NCBI GenBank assembly: GCA_950097015.1
Contig: CATNEN010000028.1
Span: forward strand, 868,001-932,000
Length of the DNA: 64,000 bases
Source of the DNA: Macrostomum hystrix
Taxonomy: Eukaryota > Animalia > Platyhelminthes
Direction of reading: 5' to 3'
In this document: positions 24,095-35,420 of the stretch, piece by piece
Position numbering within the stretch: position 1 is the first letter of the stretch
Layout of the letters: each line of letters opens with the position of its first letter
Made by a program: the position numbers and the translations under genes
The notes under the pieces: generated by a model
What the model was told of the DNA's origin: nothing
Seen by the model: the letters and a program-made list of their open reading frames with translations, nothing else
The model's database searches: none

Positions 24095-25131
24095 TTGTGA
24101 ATACAAAATCCAATTTCTGTAACAAAAGTTTAACAAGTTAGGCCATGGTTCTTGTAGAAAAAATACAGATTACAGGATTTTCTAAAGTGGAAAAAAACAA
24201 ATATATTGTATGATATGTTATCATGAATCTATAGATTCTTTTGCAGAATTTTAAACTTTTTAGGCTGATAAGCAAAAACATTGATTTATTATTAAAAAAC
24301 TTACTTTTCAGCACTAAATTCTGTAGAAAACAGATATTGAGAGTTACTAAAAGTAGGCCTAACAAGTTGGTAAAAGTGCCTGTTATCAAGTATATAGTTA
24401 AAAAGACACTACTAGCAATATTGGACTCTCTGTTTTCTATTCCTAAATAATACATTTTTAAAGTTAAATAGAAGTCACTTTGAAAATCCATATTCTTAAT
24501 ATTACTTGCAGTAATTCTTTTAAATTGAAAAAATTCCTATAAAGCTTTCTCACATCAATATCAATAGCATGGCATTTTTGGCAAATATTAGCTCAAATTA
24601 TGTAACATAGGAACATTTAGCTTTATTTAATATGATTTTAACATTCTTTTTTGTCATAAAAGTACTTTTAAATATCAGTAAAAATAATATATATATATAA
24701 CTTCCAGACATATAAGAAACTGCCAGAAAGTTGGCAGAGACTGTTTGACTTCAATCACAAAGTAACTGGTAATTTTAAATATATATGAGTAAATGGATAG
24801 AAATCAAGACAAAAAGACAATTGAAAAAAGTAAAGGTAATATGAATGTTAGGACATAAGTAATGCCTTGTCACATAATTTTTTCTTTATTGAAGAAAGCT
24901 GACTTTCCTTTTCTACTAATCAATTCTTCGTAGAAATTGTGTAATTGATGAATTTAAAATGTACTGGAGTTAAAACACATTCTCGATCTTTTATAAGCAT
25001 CTGTAAGCATTTTTTAGTTGCTACTAAATTTTTTAATAATTTTATGTGGTTCTGTCATTTTATTAAGTGCTTAGGAAATATACTTAGTTTAAACGATTTA
25101 ACTGTTAAACACTCGTAAAGTTTGATGCTGA

Positions 25132-25374
25132 AGTGGCTATTCGTACGGCAGTCCGGAAATATAAAATCCAATAATTCACCATGAGGAAGCTTGCCGCGGG
25201 TTGGCGAACACGTATAATTTTATCATTTAACCGTGCAGAAAATTATCAAACAGTTTTATTCATAAGAAAAATCTACAAGCATCGCAGTTTACATTTTAGA
25301 TTTGTTTTAACTTGTTTCATCATTTCTTGGAAATGCACTGCGAGATAGGAGATTCCGCCGTACGAATAGCCACT
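25132..25374. mobile_element. MITE, ~243 bp, 18-bp perfect TIR AGTGGCTATTCGTACGGC
   Basis: Left end AGTGGCTATTCGTACGGC; right end GCCGTACGAATAGCCACT; AT-rich non-coding interior. TSD not clear. Confidence 0.7.
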
Positions 25375-26160
25375 ACCAATTTTAAATGATTAATGTACGA
25401 AAAGTTATTACCAAAGTACTGTTATTGAAGTACCTGTTCCACAACCGGCAGGAATAGCATTAGCCATAAAAGCGTATGTCAAGATTCGTATGTGTATCTA
25501 CAAATGCAAGTTTTGATTTCTTCCGTTTGCTTTCGTTTGATTGTTTGTTTATTTTTTTTACTGGTGCACTCTTTTAAATACTTTAAAATGATGTAACTGT
25601 GAGCAAGAAAAATTTACCTAAAATCGACTTAAATAAAAGAAGCATAAATAGTTTTACTCTTATGAGTACAACCACAATAGGCAAATTTAATGCACACAGG
25701 GAACTATTTGTTTGCAATAATCTAAACAATATTTTCAAAAGAAAACACACAATTAATAATTTTAACTGAATCGAATATTGTCTAAATTAATCATAAATAA
25801 TCATAACCGTGTATTTGCAAATCAACTCACAAAAACGAAGCGCTTCAGTGTTAACACGATTTAAATCTAAATGGGGAAAAAAAGACAAGCACACGCACGA
25901 GCGCGTATTATGCACAGAGCTCGGCAAACTCTTGCCAGCGGGCCTGCAGAGCTACTGAAACCGGCCCCCTAGCACCATTCTTGCTGACTTGGACTTGACG
26001 ATCAGCTCTTGGATTCTCTTTTTGGCCCATGGTGACACTGAAGATTGTTGGCCGATCAATGCTCTAGGTAGTCTAAGAAATCAATAAAAGAGGTCTAGAA
26101 GGCTAAAAAATTTGCGTTGATAATAAATAGTCACATAGTTAAAAAAGGTACTAAAGATTA

Positions 26161-28497
26161 CTACTTCTTAGAGAGCAGCTCCTTGGCCAGCGCAACATTG
26201 TTCGAAGGGACGACACCTACATCAGTAATGATATTGGTGATGAGCTCGGCTGGGGTCACATCGAAGGCCGGATTCCAGATGTCGATGCCGCGGCAGGCAA
26301 TTCGTTGTCCAGCTACGCAGGCCAGCTCGTCTGGTGGTCGTTGTTCGATAACGATCTCCGAGCCGCTGCGCATGTTGAAGTCGATGCTGGTTAGAGGCGC
26401 CGCAACGTAGAACGGAATCGAGTGATGACGCGCTAACACTGCAATCTGATAGGTGCCGATCTTGTTGGCCGTGTCACCATTAGCAACGATGCGATCAGCG
26501 CCCAGTACAACAGCATGAACCCGACCGCTAGCCATGGCCGCGGCAACCATGTTGTCGCAGATTAGCGTGCCTGGCAAACCGTCCGTGACGATTTCGTACG
26601 CAGTAAGCCGGGCGCCCTGGTTGTAGGGCCGCGTCTCGGTGCAGTAGACCCGGCCAAGACGGCCGCGAGCGTGAATGCTGCGCACAACGCCCAGAGCGGT
26701 GCCATAGCCGCCAGTAGCCAGCGAGCCGGTGTTGCAGTGAGTCAGCACGTTGACCTGACCGCCTGGCGGCACTAGGCCGCGCTCTTCGACGCATCGTAGC
26801 AAAGCGTCGGCGCCGGCCTCGCCGATGGCCCGGCAGGATTGAATATCCTGCTCTAGCTGGCTTTCCAGCCAGGTGACGACGGCCTGGCGTTGCCCGTCGG
26901 CGTCCAGTACTGCCCAGCCAGCGGCCAGATGGGTAAGCACGCGGTCCCGACTGTCCTGCAGGTTGACAGCGGTGGGCCGGGCAGATACTAAGTGGTCCCA
27001 TTTGGCTGCTAGCCAGGCGGCCAGCCGGTCCTTGCTGTCAACCTGGGACATTGTGTCAGGCGACCGAAGCTCAGAGGCCATTGCGAGGCAGCCGACGATG
27101 CCAATTGCGGGTGCGCCACGCACCTTCGAAAAATCGGAATGCACCGGGATGGCAAAAACCACAAATATAGGCATCATTTTTCTGCTCACAAAATTTCCTT
27201 ATGTAAATTTGTCGTCTATTATTGTTGGTGATGTTGAATTGATTGTATTGTTAATTTCTAGATTATGGAACTAATATGAATTCGCTATAGAGGGTTACAC
27301 AGAGCAATGTTAGGTGTCCTTGTCACCAGGGTGTTCGAAGAATCGCAGAATAACCCGATAATGCTGACTCGGCCGGCTTTGAAAATGCATAAGTTCATGG
27401 CAAAAGGCGGAAAATTGATCCATATGGCGGACTTTCACGAAAATCGGTCATTCAGTTTGGGAGCTACCGTGAAGTAGGCAGTGGGTGGGCATTTGAAATA
27501 GCCCCGTGGTGTTTACCCAGGGGGATAGCGTGGTCTTTCTACTGTTAATGAGTTAAGAAATAGCCCCGCGAGATGGCAAAATGAATTAAATTTATCAAAG
27601 GAGGCGATGAGCAGGCCTGCCGACTTGCCGACTTACCTTTCTTTTGCGAGCCAAACCTACAAACGATTTAGCCCCCCATAATAAACAACTTTGAAAAATA
27701 AAATGAAGTTCGTGGTCGCTTTTATGAAAACACTTTGACATTGATACACTCAGATGTGCCGCAAAAACGATTTATCAGTGGGGATATTAAAGGAAACAGG
27801 ATATGCAAGTCGCTCCTCAGTAATTAGGTAAAGTTACTTTCAAACGACATGAACACTGCTCCGCTAAATTTAGGAAGGTATACTTTTTTCGTGAAGGTAT
27901 CTATAAAGTAACATCGCTCGTTTTCGTAATTAAGGGGTAGCTCTGAAATCAAAAACTACTGACCAAAGTAGTAGTAGCAGTTTATATTTGGTTGTAGCCT
28001 AGTGGTTAGGGCGTCGGACTCACGACTTGAAGGTCGGGGGTTCGATTCCCGACTCCACTGGAAGTTTGTGTCCTTTAGCAAGACAATTAACTCTGCATTG
28101 CTTCAGTTCACCCAGCTGTTAAATGGGTACCAGCATCAGCTGGGATAATTGAAGGTGGGTGTGGCGTCCCCCCAGTCCATGGACTGAACAGCTGTACGCA
28201 GCCTTCAGATGCACCGCGCATTAGCTGCGGCTGTGCTGTCGGCTGCACATCTGACCCAATTGGGGCAGGTGTAATCAATTATTAAATATTAATTATATTA
28301 GCAGTAGTAGTAGAGCTTAAAATAATCTCTAGTAAAAAATGATTTCACCGCATCGAGATTTTTACCTGCATATTTTTTATAGCGTGCCAAGCCTCGTCAC
28401 AGTTAGCGATGGAAATGTAGACCGTCTGGTGCGGCAGGAGAAGCTGATCAAGGATGGTCAGCTGGCCGTTGGCGTACCGGATAGCTTCCAGAGACAT
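26161..28497 (-). CDS. MRI1: Methylthioribose-1-phosphate isomerase (methionine salvage)
   Basis: Exon 1 28497-28366 MSLEAIRY..LDQLLLPH..AWHAIKNMQ|, exon 2 27123-26161 VRGAPAI..ARPTAVN..LTHCNTGSLATGGYGTALG..TETRPYNQGARLT..GADRIVANGDTANKIGTY..WNPAFDVTP. Confidence 0.96.
27990..28300 (+). mobile_element. tRNA-derived SINE with CORE-like central domain in the MRI1 intron
   Basis: A-box TAGCCTAGTGG, B-box GGTTCGATTCC, then TGTGTCCTTTAGCAAGACAATTAAC..CTTCAGTTCACCCAGCTGTTAAATGGG resembling the MIR CORE, and an AT-rich tail. The 3' part recurs at ~46100-46190. Confidence 0.8.
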
Positions 28498-31400
28498 GGC
28501 CAACAACAGTCTAGCTGAAGATGTTTCAGAGCTTTTCTCGATTAATTTTGCCAAGAAAGCAGAGCTTAAAAGTGTCTTTTAAGTGTCAATATACGGGCTA
28601 ATATTGAATAGCAACTGATGATCTATGGTGTTTCGTTCTATTCTAATGTACAATTTATTTTGTTCTAAGGCATATACTCGTAGATAGAGAAAAAAGTAAA
28701 ATTTTAAAACTGTAGAAAAAATAAGAGGCTCCGTCTGTGAAACTTTGACCAAATTTGTCATTGTCACGACTCACTTGTCAATTGTCCGGCAGCGTTAAGA
28801 AAAAAGAGGACAAGTAACTTTCTACTTCAACAGAAATAATTCCTATTCTATAGATTCATCCCACCCGGTCAATCGTAGCAATTAGCAAATAAAGATAGGA
28901 TGAGGATTTGGCCTGGGTCTACCTCAATCGGATGTTCAGCTTATGGAAACAGAAGATTAGAAAGGAAAATCAATAGACCGAAATGCGATTTATTTTCCTC
29001 AGGTGAGGATAAAGAGAGGAGATTAAAGCTGGAAGAAACGCGGCCACCAGCGGCTAAGGCGGGGTGTCCGGATGGAAATTCCACTGCGCTGCTGCAGCCG
29101 CAGAAGTGAGAAGGAAATTAAAGCCAGCAAAAAATCAAGAAGATTAAACAGCCCCTTCAGGGATTCCCAGACTCCAGAGCTCAATCTGCTCTTCAGGGAA
29201 CTAATTGGGCACGGAAATTAGTCCCAAATCGCGCGCAGTTGTCTGTGCGTCAAAGTTCTCCTAAAACATGATAAAAATGGCTATAGGCAATTTCCGAGGC
29301 GAAACCTCGAAAAGCTTAGAAGCCCAGTTGAACTTCCGCCCGCACCGTCTGTTTAAGGAATGCTGCATGACGTGACCCAATGCACGTTCCAGACAACCAA
29401 ATCGTTGTAAATTACACCTAAACGCTCGCCCTAGCACTTATAAATTAAAAATCGTTTAACGCCCAGCTAATTTCTATGCCCATAGCTCACTATGAGCCTC
29501 GAATTATCTTATTGCATGAGCCTGTGAGCCTATTTGTCTTATATTTAGACTAGGGGGCAAAATTAACGTCGGAAGATTTCCAATATTCTTTCGTCAATAC
29601 TTAGTAATATTCTTCCATTGAATAAAAAATACTTGCTTGTTTTTATATAAGTAAATACCTGCCGCAACTAACTCATGATGTCAATCATAATAACAGCAAA
29701 TTAAACATTGCAAATTAATTTTCAGCAAAAAATAGTATCATTTGCGTAGCATATGAACTGAAATGTATTGTAACTAAATCATCAGTTTCTGGTAGATATG
29801 CAAATGAATTAGGGTTAAAATAGGAACTAAAAATTTCTTTAAATATATTATCTCATAGCGAAATAAATTTCAACAATCGTACTTTTCGTTTGTAAGCGCA
29901 TTATTTAGTATAATTCACAGTCGGAAGTTTAAGATGTATCTCTTATAAGGAGCAAAATTAAAAAAAATGGTAGGAACAAGTGTAGAACTAATCGCAGATA
30001 TTTTTTCGATATCGCGATACGACATAAATCATTTGAAGGCAAAGCAGGAAAAAGGCTACAAAAACTACTATCGCTTCCATTTCTGTATTGTTATTCGTAG
30101 ACTTAGACGAGGTTGTAGCAGTTAGACCAAGCGATACCTCTCGCAAAAAATGCAGGGAAATAAAGTTTATGGGCTAAATTCTGTTTTACTCAGAAGTTCC
30201 GAATTAATTTTTTTCCACAATGCATGCTGGCGCAATTTTTTGTTTTAATCAGAAAAACGGGGTTAATCTATTAACTCCAAGGAGTTGCAAGAGGATTCCA
30301 GATGCAGCTGTTTGACTCAGCTGCATCGCGTAGGCTAGGGGCTTAGCTTACCGGACACTGATGATTAAAACCATCTCATGGAAGAATAACAGCCTAGTGA
30401 TACAGATGTGATGCAGTTTTTAAATAATCTATTTGCAAAGGCTTAACTTTTTATCTGTTAAAGTCACGCAGTCTCCTGTGTGAGCTCCACTATTCTCAAA
30501 CTCAATCAAGCATTAAAGTGCTTTAACTCCTTTCCAGCTAACTTTCAAGGCACAAACACACTATGCGAATCGAAGGATTTTTTTACCCTCACCCAGATTA
30601 ATGAGATCAGGATACAAAGGATCAACAGAGTTTGAAAATTTCAATTAATATAAGAGCAACTTTCACCGTTGCCAAGAGCTGTGCATCTTGCAATCAGCGA
30701 AAAGTGGATAACAAAGAATACGAATTTCACAAAAAAATGGTTGTGCTGCTTCAACACTCAGCGAGTATCCAGGTCATTGCTTCTGAGCAGGTTATAGCTA
30801 TCGCATTTAGGTGATTACATATTAATTATTTAACTTTATACCAAGACAAAGTACGAATGCATATTTGTCTTTTCAGCAAGAAATTATGTGATTAATAAGT
30901 CTTCGAAACGTGTCTTATTTCTTTACTGAATCTTTAGTTGGCTATCGGTTCGATTGAATTTCGTACATAACTCTACCTAGTCGTGTAATATGCCATGATT
31001 TTTTCAGTTATGCATTTCTACAGATGTAAACACATTTTTTACTTAAACAGCTCGTGGAGCACCGCGTCAGGTAGAGCTGCCTCAATGTACCGGCTTGTAA
31101 TTTATCGCATTCTTAGAAGCTCATGGGACTCAACCTTTCTACCAGCAGTTTATTACTATCTATAGACCATTTTCAATAAGAAAATTACTTAGTAGCATTC
31201 GATTTTTCTGTTCAGAAAACAATTCAAGGCAAAGTCAATAGCAGGTTGGGTTTGAAATCCGAGATTTATAGCCTGGGCTGACACAGATGCAGCCTGAACG
31301 CGCCCAGAAGCATTTCAGTGTATATTTGCGGGTCAGTTGGTTCATGTCCGCTTGGATATTTAAGATTGTGAAAAATTCTCTCAGACACCGTCATAGCGCG

Positions 31401-31733
31401 CGCCAGACTTCACTGACTAATCACAATGTATAATTACCAACAAAATATTGCAAAATAGCCCAGAATATAGAAGCTACACGAATGCTCTAAATTTTCTTGC
31501 AGACCAAACTGAGATGCTTAGGAGTTTTAAGCGATGTGCTGGTGATCTCAAAGGCCCTCTCAAAGCAGGTAAGGAGGTGCAATGTTAGATTGGATAAAGC
31601 AAATTATTTCAAGTTGGAATTCAGAAGTCAGACTGAAGCTTATCCAAGCTTTTCAGTTCAACCGCGGAAGCGGTCACGACGCTTCGAAACCGACTTGCTA
31701 AGGAAGCCGCTGTCAGCACCGAAGGTGGCAAAA

Positions 31734-32039
31734 TCACAGTCGGCAGCCTGCAAAGGCAGTCGGGATATAACTTATCAACTGTTTAAATCCAGAAGTATTG
31801 AGCACGAGCAATCGTAAGCTCACCCGAGCGAGGGACTCGGCAACGCGACAGACCCGGTAATTTGAAGTCTCGCCGGCGGAAACGGAGTTACTGAAACAAT
31901 TCGATAGAGTATCTATTTAGAATGTGCTAATGGTATCTCCAGGTAAATCGAACGCTTAAGGAATACAAGTCAATACAGACCCAGCCAGCACGCAGATGGT
32001 CAGCAGCAACACAGCGAATGCGACACGTAGCTTCATCAT
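31734..32039 (-). CDS. Candidate small secreted two-Cys peptide (56 aa, 3 exons)
   Basis: Exons 32039-31981, 31890-31824, 31778-31734 give MMKLRVAFAVLLLTICVLAGNSVSAGETSNYRVCRVAESLARLISYIPTAFAGCRL*. Clear signal-peptide-like start and an acceptor ~30 nt upstream of the ATG; the first donor (GG|gtctgt) is weak. Confidence 0.5.
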
Positions 32040-33240
32040 GCTTGATTTGCTTTCCTTTACTTAGGGAAGATCTGCAAAATAGTTTAGCATACCGTTTTGA
32101 GCTTTAGTAAGCGCTTTTTATCTATCATTTAATAAATGTTTCTCGAAGCGGCAAAGTAGCTTTAACTTACCCGGTAAATCCGAAAATTTGATGATTGCAG
32201 ATGATTTTCTCAACGCAAGCAGACGATAGAATCGTTGGCACCCAGGTCCGAGTCTGGCGCTGCTGCTTTTATAGAGAAAGTGGATGGGGATGGCCGAGAG
32301 GAAAGACGTGTCTGCCAACGATTGGACATTTGGGGCGCTCGGGTAGCGCGAGCGTTCATTGGCCCTTATTCTCATCTTAAGAGAAATTATAGAGGAACTA
32401 CCGAAACGACCAATGATAAATTATAATTAGCAACAGCAAGATAGAATGCATACAGGCATAGCTAATTGGGAATTGAGAGACGGACAACAGATCTGATGTC
32501 ACGCGCAATACTCAGTCATCAATTGAAGGCTCGGATTCTAAAAAAACGAATGGGCTATTGTTACGTGGCTTTAATGGCGGATGGAAAACCGAAAAATAAT
32601 GCAAGCGAGAAAACGTGCCGAACTATCGCAGGCACTTCCTGCAGGTTTCTGTCACTTCTTTTCAGACCCGTTAGAACCATCTGTCATGCTCGCTTGAGTG
32701 CTGGCTAACTTGCTTTATTGCTTGTCTAGTTCCCTTACAAACGAGCGGAGGCGAAAACACACCGCTTGTGTCTGTGATGCCGAAGCGAGTGACCCGAGGT
32801 AAAAAGTTATTCATGCCATAAGAGATGGCTTGCGGTCCATTGCTGTGTGATATTTTTATCCGAGAGAATAAGTTAAAGCAAATCTATTTCCCTCCAATTT
32901 ATTTAAACAAACTGCGAATATCTCCTGAACCCCTCGAGCTTTCTCGGCATGTTATGTGTCAATTGATAGAGAACATTTAAGACCTATCGATTTGTTGTTG
33001 TATCGTGTGAAAAATCTGTAATGCGTTTTTGTAACCCAAAAAGGCTTACAAAGTGACTAGCCAACTTCATGCCAGGGTTACATCCCATATTCTCAGAAAA
33101 AAATACTAATGGTGCGATTTCGGTAATTCAGTTTTACACAGCTAAAACTTTTGTGAAAATCACGTTTAGGTTTTTTACAAAAACCATAAAATAAGAAAAT
33201 AAGCAAAAGTCAAGAAAAATTAGTTTTCAGACGTGCACTG

Positions 33241-33489
33241 ATCACCAAGGCAGCCAGCAGACTGAAGTTTAACTTTCTGCCTCATCCACCATATTCGTCT
33301 GATCTGGTGCCACCAGATTGCGCCTGATTTCCCCTAATAAAATCACATCTGCGGGGTAAGATTCACATGAACTGCAAAAGGTAGTCTGCAATGCTCTGCA
33401 AAATTCCACAGAGTTAGCTACTCCAGTGCGACTGATAGCTAGCTCAGTCAGCAGCAAAATTTGTTCCGCTTGGTGACAACTGTATTGAC
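33241..33489 (+). mobile_element. Mariner transposase 3' remnant, interrupted by the Gypsy insertion (continues ~37902-37930)
   Basis: Translates ITKAASRLKFNFLPHPPYSSDLVPPDCA*FPLIKSHLRGK, matching the mariner HPPYSPDLAPSD..LK..LRG motif. KFVPLGDNCID|..ASIF across the insertion resembles the mariner C-terminus. Confidence 0.75.
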
Positions 33490-33829
33490 TGTAGGAACTG
33501 AGAAATGCGACTGTTTGTAGTCGATAGCCGAAATGTCATAAGAGCGATTTCAATGCGATTCAGTATATTTTATAACAGCCGAGTTGTGCTGGGGTGGCGG
33601 CTAAAGCCGCACCCCGTACATCAGTTAACGTGCGTGCCAAGGGGGGTAGAAAGGTGGCAGAGAGAAAGACGCAGAACGCCGCCAACCCCACGCACGCGTG
33701 ACGGCTGGCGCCGCCTACACTTCTCCCCCCCAAAGGAATAAAACGAAATTGAAAAAACTAAACTTTGAACATGAGATTAACAGTTCAGATGATGGAAACT
33801 TAATGGATCCTTAGAGCGCAATTCCTTAG

Positions 33830-35420
33830 TTACTTGTACCGCTTAGGCTTGTCACGGGCAGCTCTAGGATGGCGTCTCAGTGCCACGGCATCATTTTCCT
33901 GACCCGTGTCCTGGCCGACAGGCGGAGGCGGGCCGGCAGGCGAAGGCGGGCCGGCAGGCGGGCCGGCAGGCGGGCCGGCAGGCGGGCCGGCAGGCGGGCC
34001 GGCAGGCGGGCCGGCAGGCGGGCCGGCAGGCGGGCCGGCAGGCGGGCCGGCAGGCGGGCTGGCAGGCGGGCCGGCAGGCGGGCCGGCAGGCGGGCCGGCA
34101 GGCGGGCCGGCAGGCGGGCCGGCAGGCGGGCCGGCAGGCGGGCTGGCAGGTGGAAACATTGGTCGGAGCTGAGTCACGTGTCGCATGCAGGACTGTTGGC
34201 CTCGTCGTAGGATGCAGGTGTCGCCTCGAACCTCTTCTACCGTCCACGGCTGGGTCTCGAATGGCAGCTGAGTTTTGATGCGTGCCTGCTGCTTTCGGAG
34301 AACCATTGTCCCGGGAACTACTCTGTGCTCCTTGGCGGTGTTGCGCTTGTCAAAGGCTCGCTTCATTTCGCGCGTGTACTGCCGACTCCAGTCCCTCACG
34401 GCTTGACGGTCGAATCCAGTCACAGTTGGCTGCCGACTAGCCGGGATTCCGTCGTTGATCGCCCTGCCCATGAGTAGCTCGGCCGGGGTGCGTCCTGTGG
34501 CTCTGTGTGGCGTGGTGCGGAATGCCAGTAGCCAGTCGTCTAGAGCCTCTCTCCAGTTCCGGCCCTCAGCAATCGCCGTCTTGATCACCTTGCCGATGCT
34601 GCGGTTGACACGTTCGGTGGCTCCGTTGGACTCCGGGTGCAGTGGACAGATAAGCCGGTGATGAACTCCATATTCGGTGAGGAAGTTACGAAATTCAGCG
34701 GAGTTGAAGGGCGGTCCGTTGTCGGTAATGACCTCCGCGGGAATTCCGTGGCGACTGAAGAGCCGTCTCAGGTGCGGTGTCACGCTGCCGGCCGTGGTTG
34801 ACTGCATTACGTCGACTTCTGGGTACTTGGAGTACAAGTCGGTGGTGACGAGCAGCATGTGACCTTGCACCGGACCGTAGAAGTCCATGCCGAGCAGCTG
34901 CCAAGGCCCGTCGGGCATTTCCGTCGGCTTTAGAGGCGTCTGGTGCACGTGCGTTGCCGCTGCCTGACAGTAGATGCAGCACTTGACAAAGACTTCGCAG
35001 TCGCTGTACATTTTTGGCCACCAGACCTTGGTTTGCAGGCGCTTTAGAGTCCTGTCCGCCCCGAGGTGTCCGGTGTGAGCCAGCTGCAGGATCGGCCTCC
35101 GCAGTGCCTCGGGGATGACGATGAGATCTCCACGAAGCAGGACGCCGTCGTTCTCGGTTAGTTCGCTGCTGATGGACTTGAATGAGCGTTGCACCGGGCT
35201 GAGAGTGTTCCAGTTGCCGGTTCTGATCGCGCCGAGTGCGGCCTGCATTTCCGCATCAGTTCTTGCAGCCTCTCTGATCTGTTGGATTGTGAAGCCCTTT
35301 GGCACGGCACCAGTTGACACAGCGTTGACGTGGGCTTCATCGAGGACCTCGCCGATGTTTGGCCTCGACTCTGGCAGCGGCTGGCGGCTGAGCAGATCGG
35401 CTGGATTTGCTGGTCCCGTG
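33830..35420 (-). CDS. Gypsy integrase (HHCC, DDE, GPY/F) with (PPAG)n tail; out of frame with RT
   Basis: NPADLLSRQP (end of RNase H region), HTGHLG..CIYCQ, MDFYG, TDNGPPFNS, SNGATERVN, QLPFE, then ~17 PPAG/PPAS units. Confidence 0.9.
33925..34150 (-). repeat. 12-bp coding repeat (GGCGGGCCGGCA)n encoding PPAG in the integrase C-terminus
   Basis: Directly visible; in frame with the integrase. Confidence 0.95.

Noticed and set aside
25930-26040. Possible extra MPP7 5' exon or small ORF (MGQKRESKS*)
   Set aside because: An acceptor and ATG are present but the ORF stops after 9 codons and cannot be joined convincingly.
27990-28060. tRNA gene
   Set aside because: Anticodon and acceptor stems do not pair properly, and it continues into a SINE body rather than a T-run terminator. 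Likewise for the Leu-like heads.
28900-29109. Short plus-strand ORF upstream of MRI1
   Set aside because: No recognisable homology; lies in the probable promoter/5'-UTR region.
30300-30327. Perfect 10-bp hairpin GATGCAGCTG-N7-CAGCTGCATC
   Set aside because: Isolated and short, with no supporting ncRNA or element context; could be chance or a transposon scar.
33505-33741. Near-identical 72-78-aa ORFs at 33505 and 37682
   Set aside because: Antisense translations of the two LTRs, not genes.
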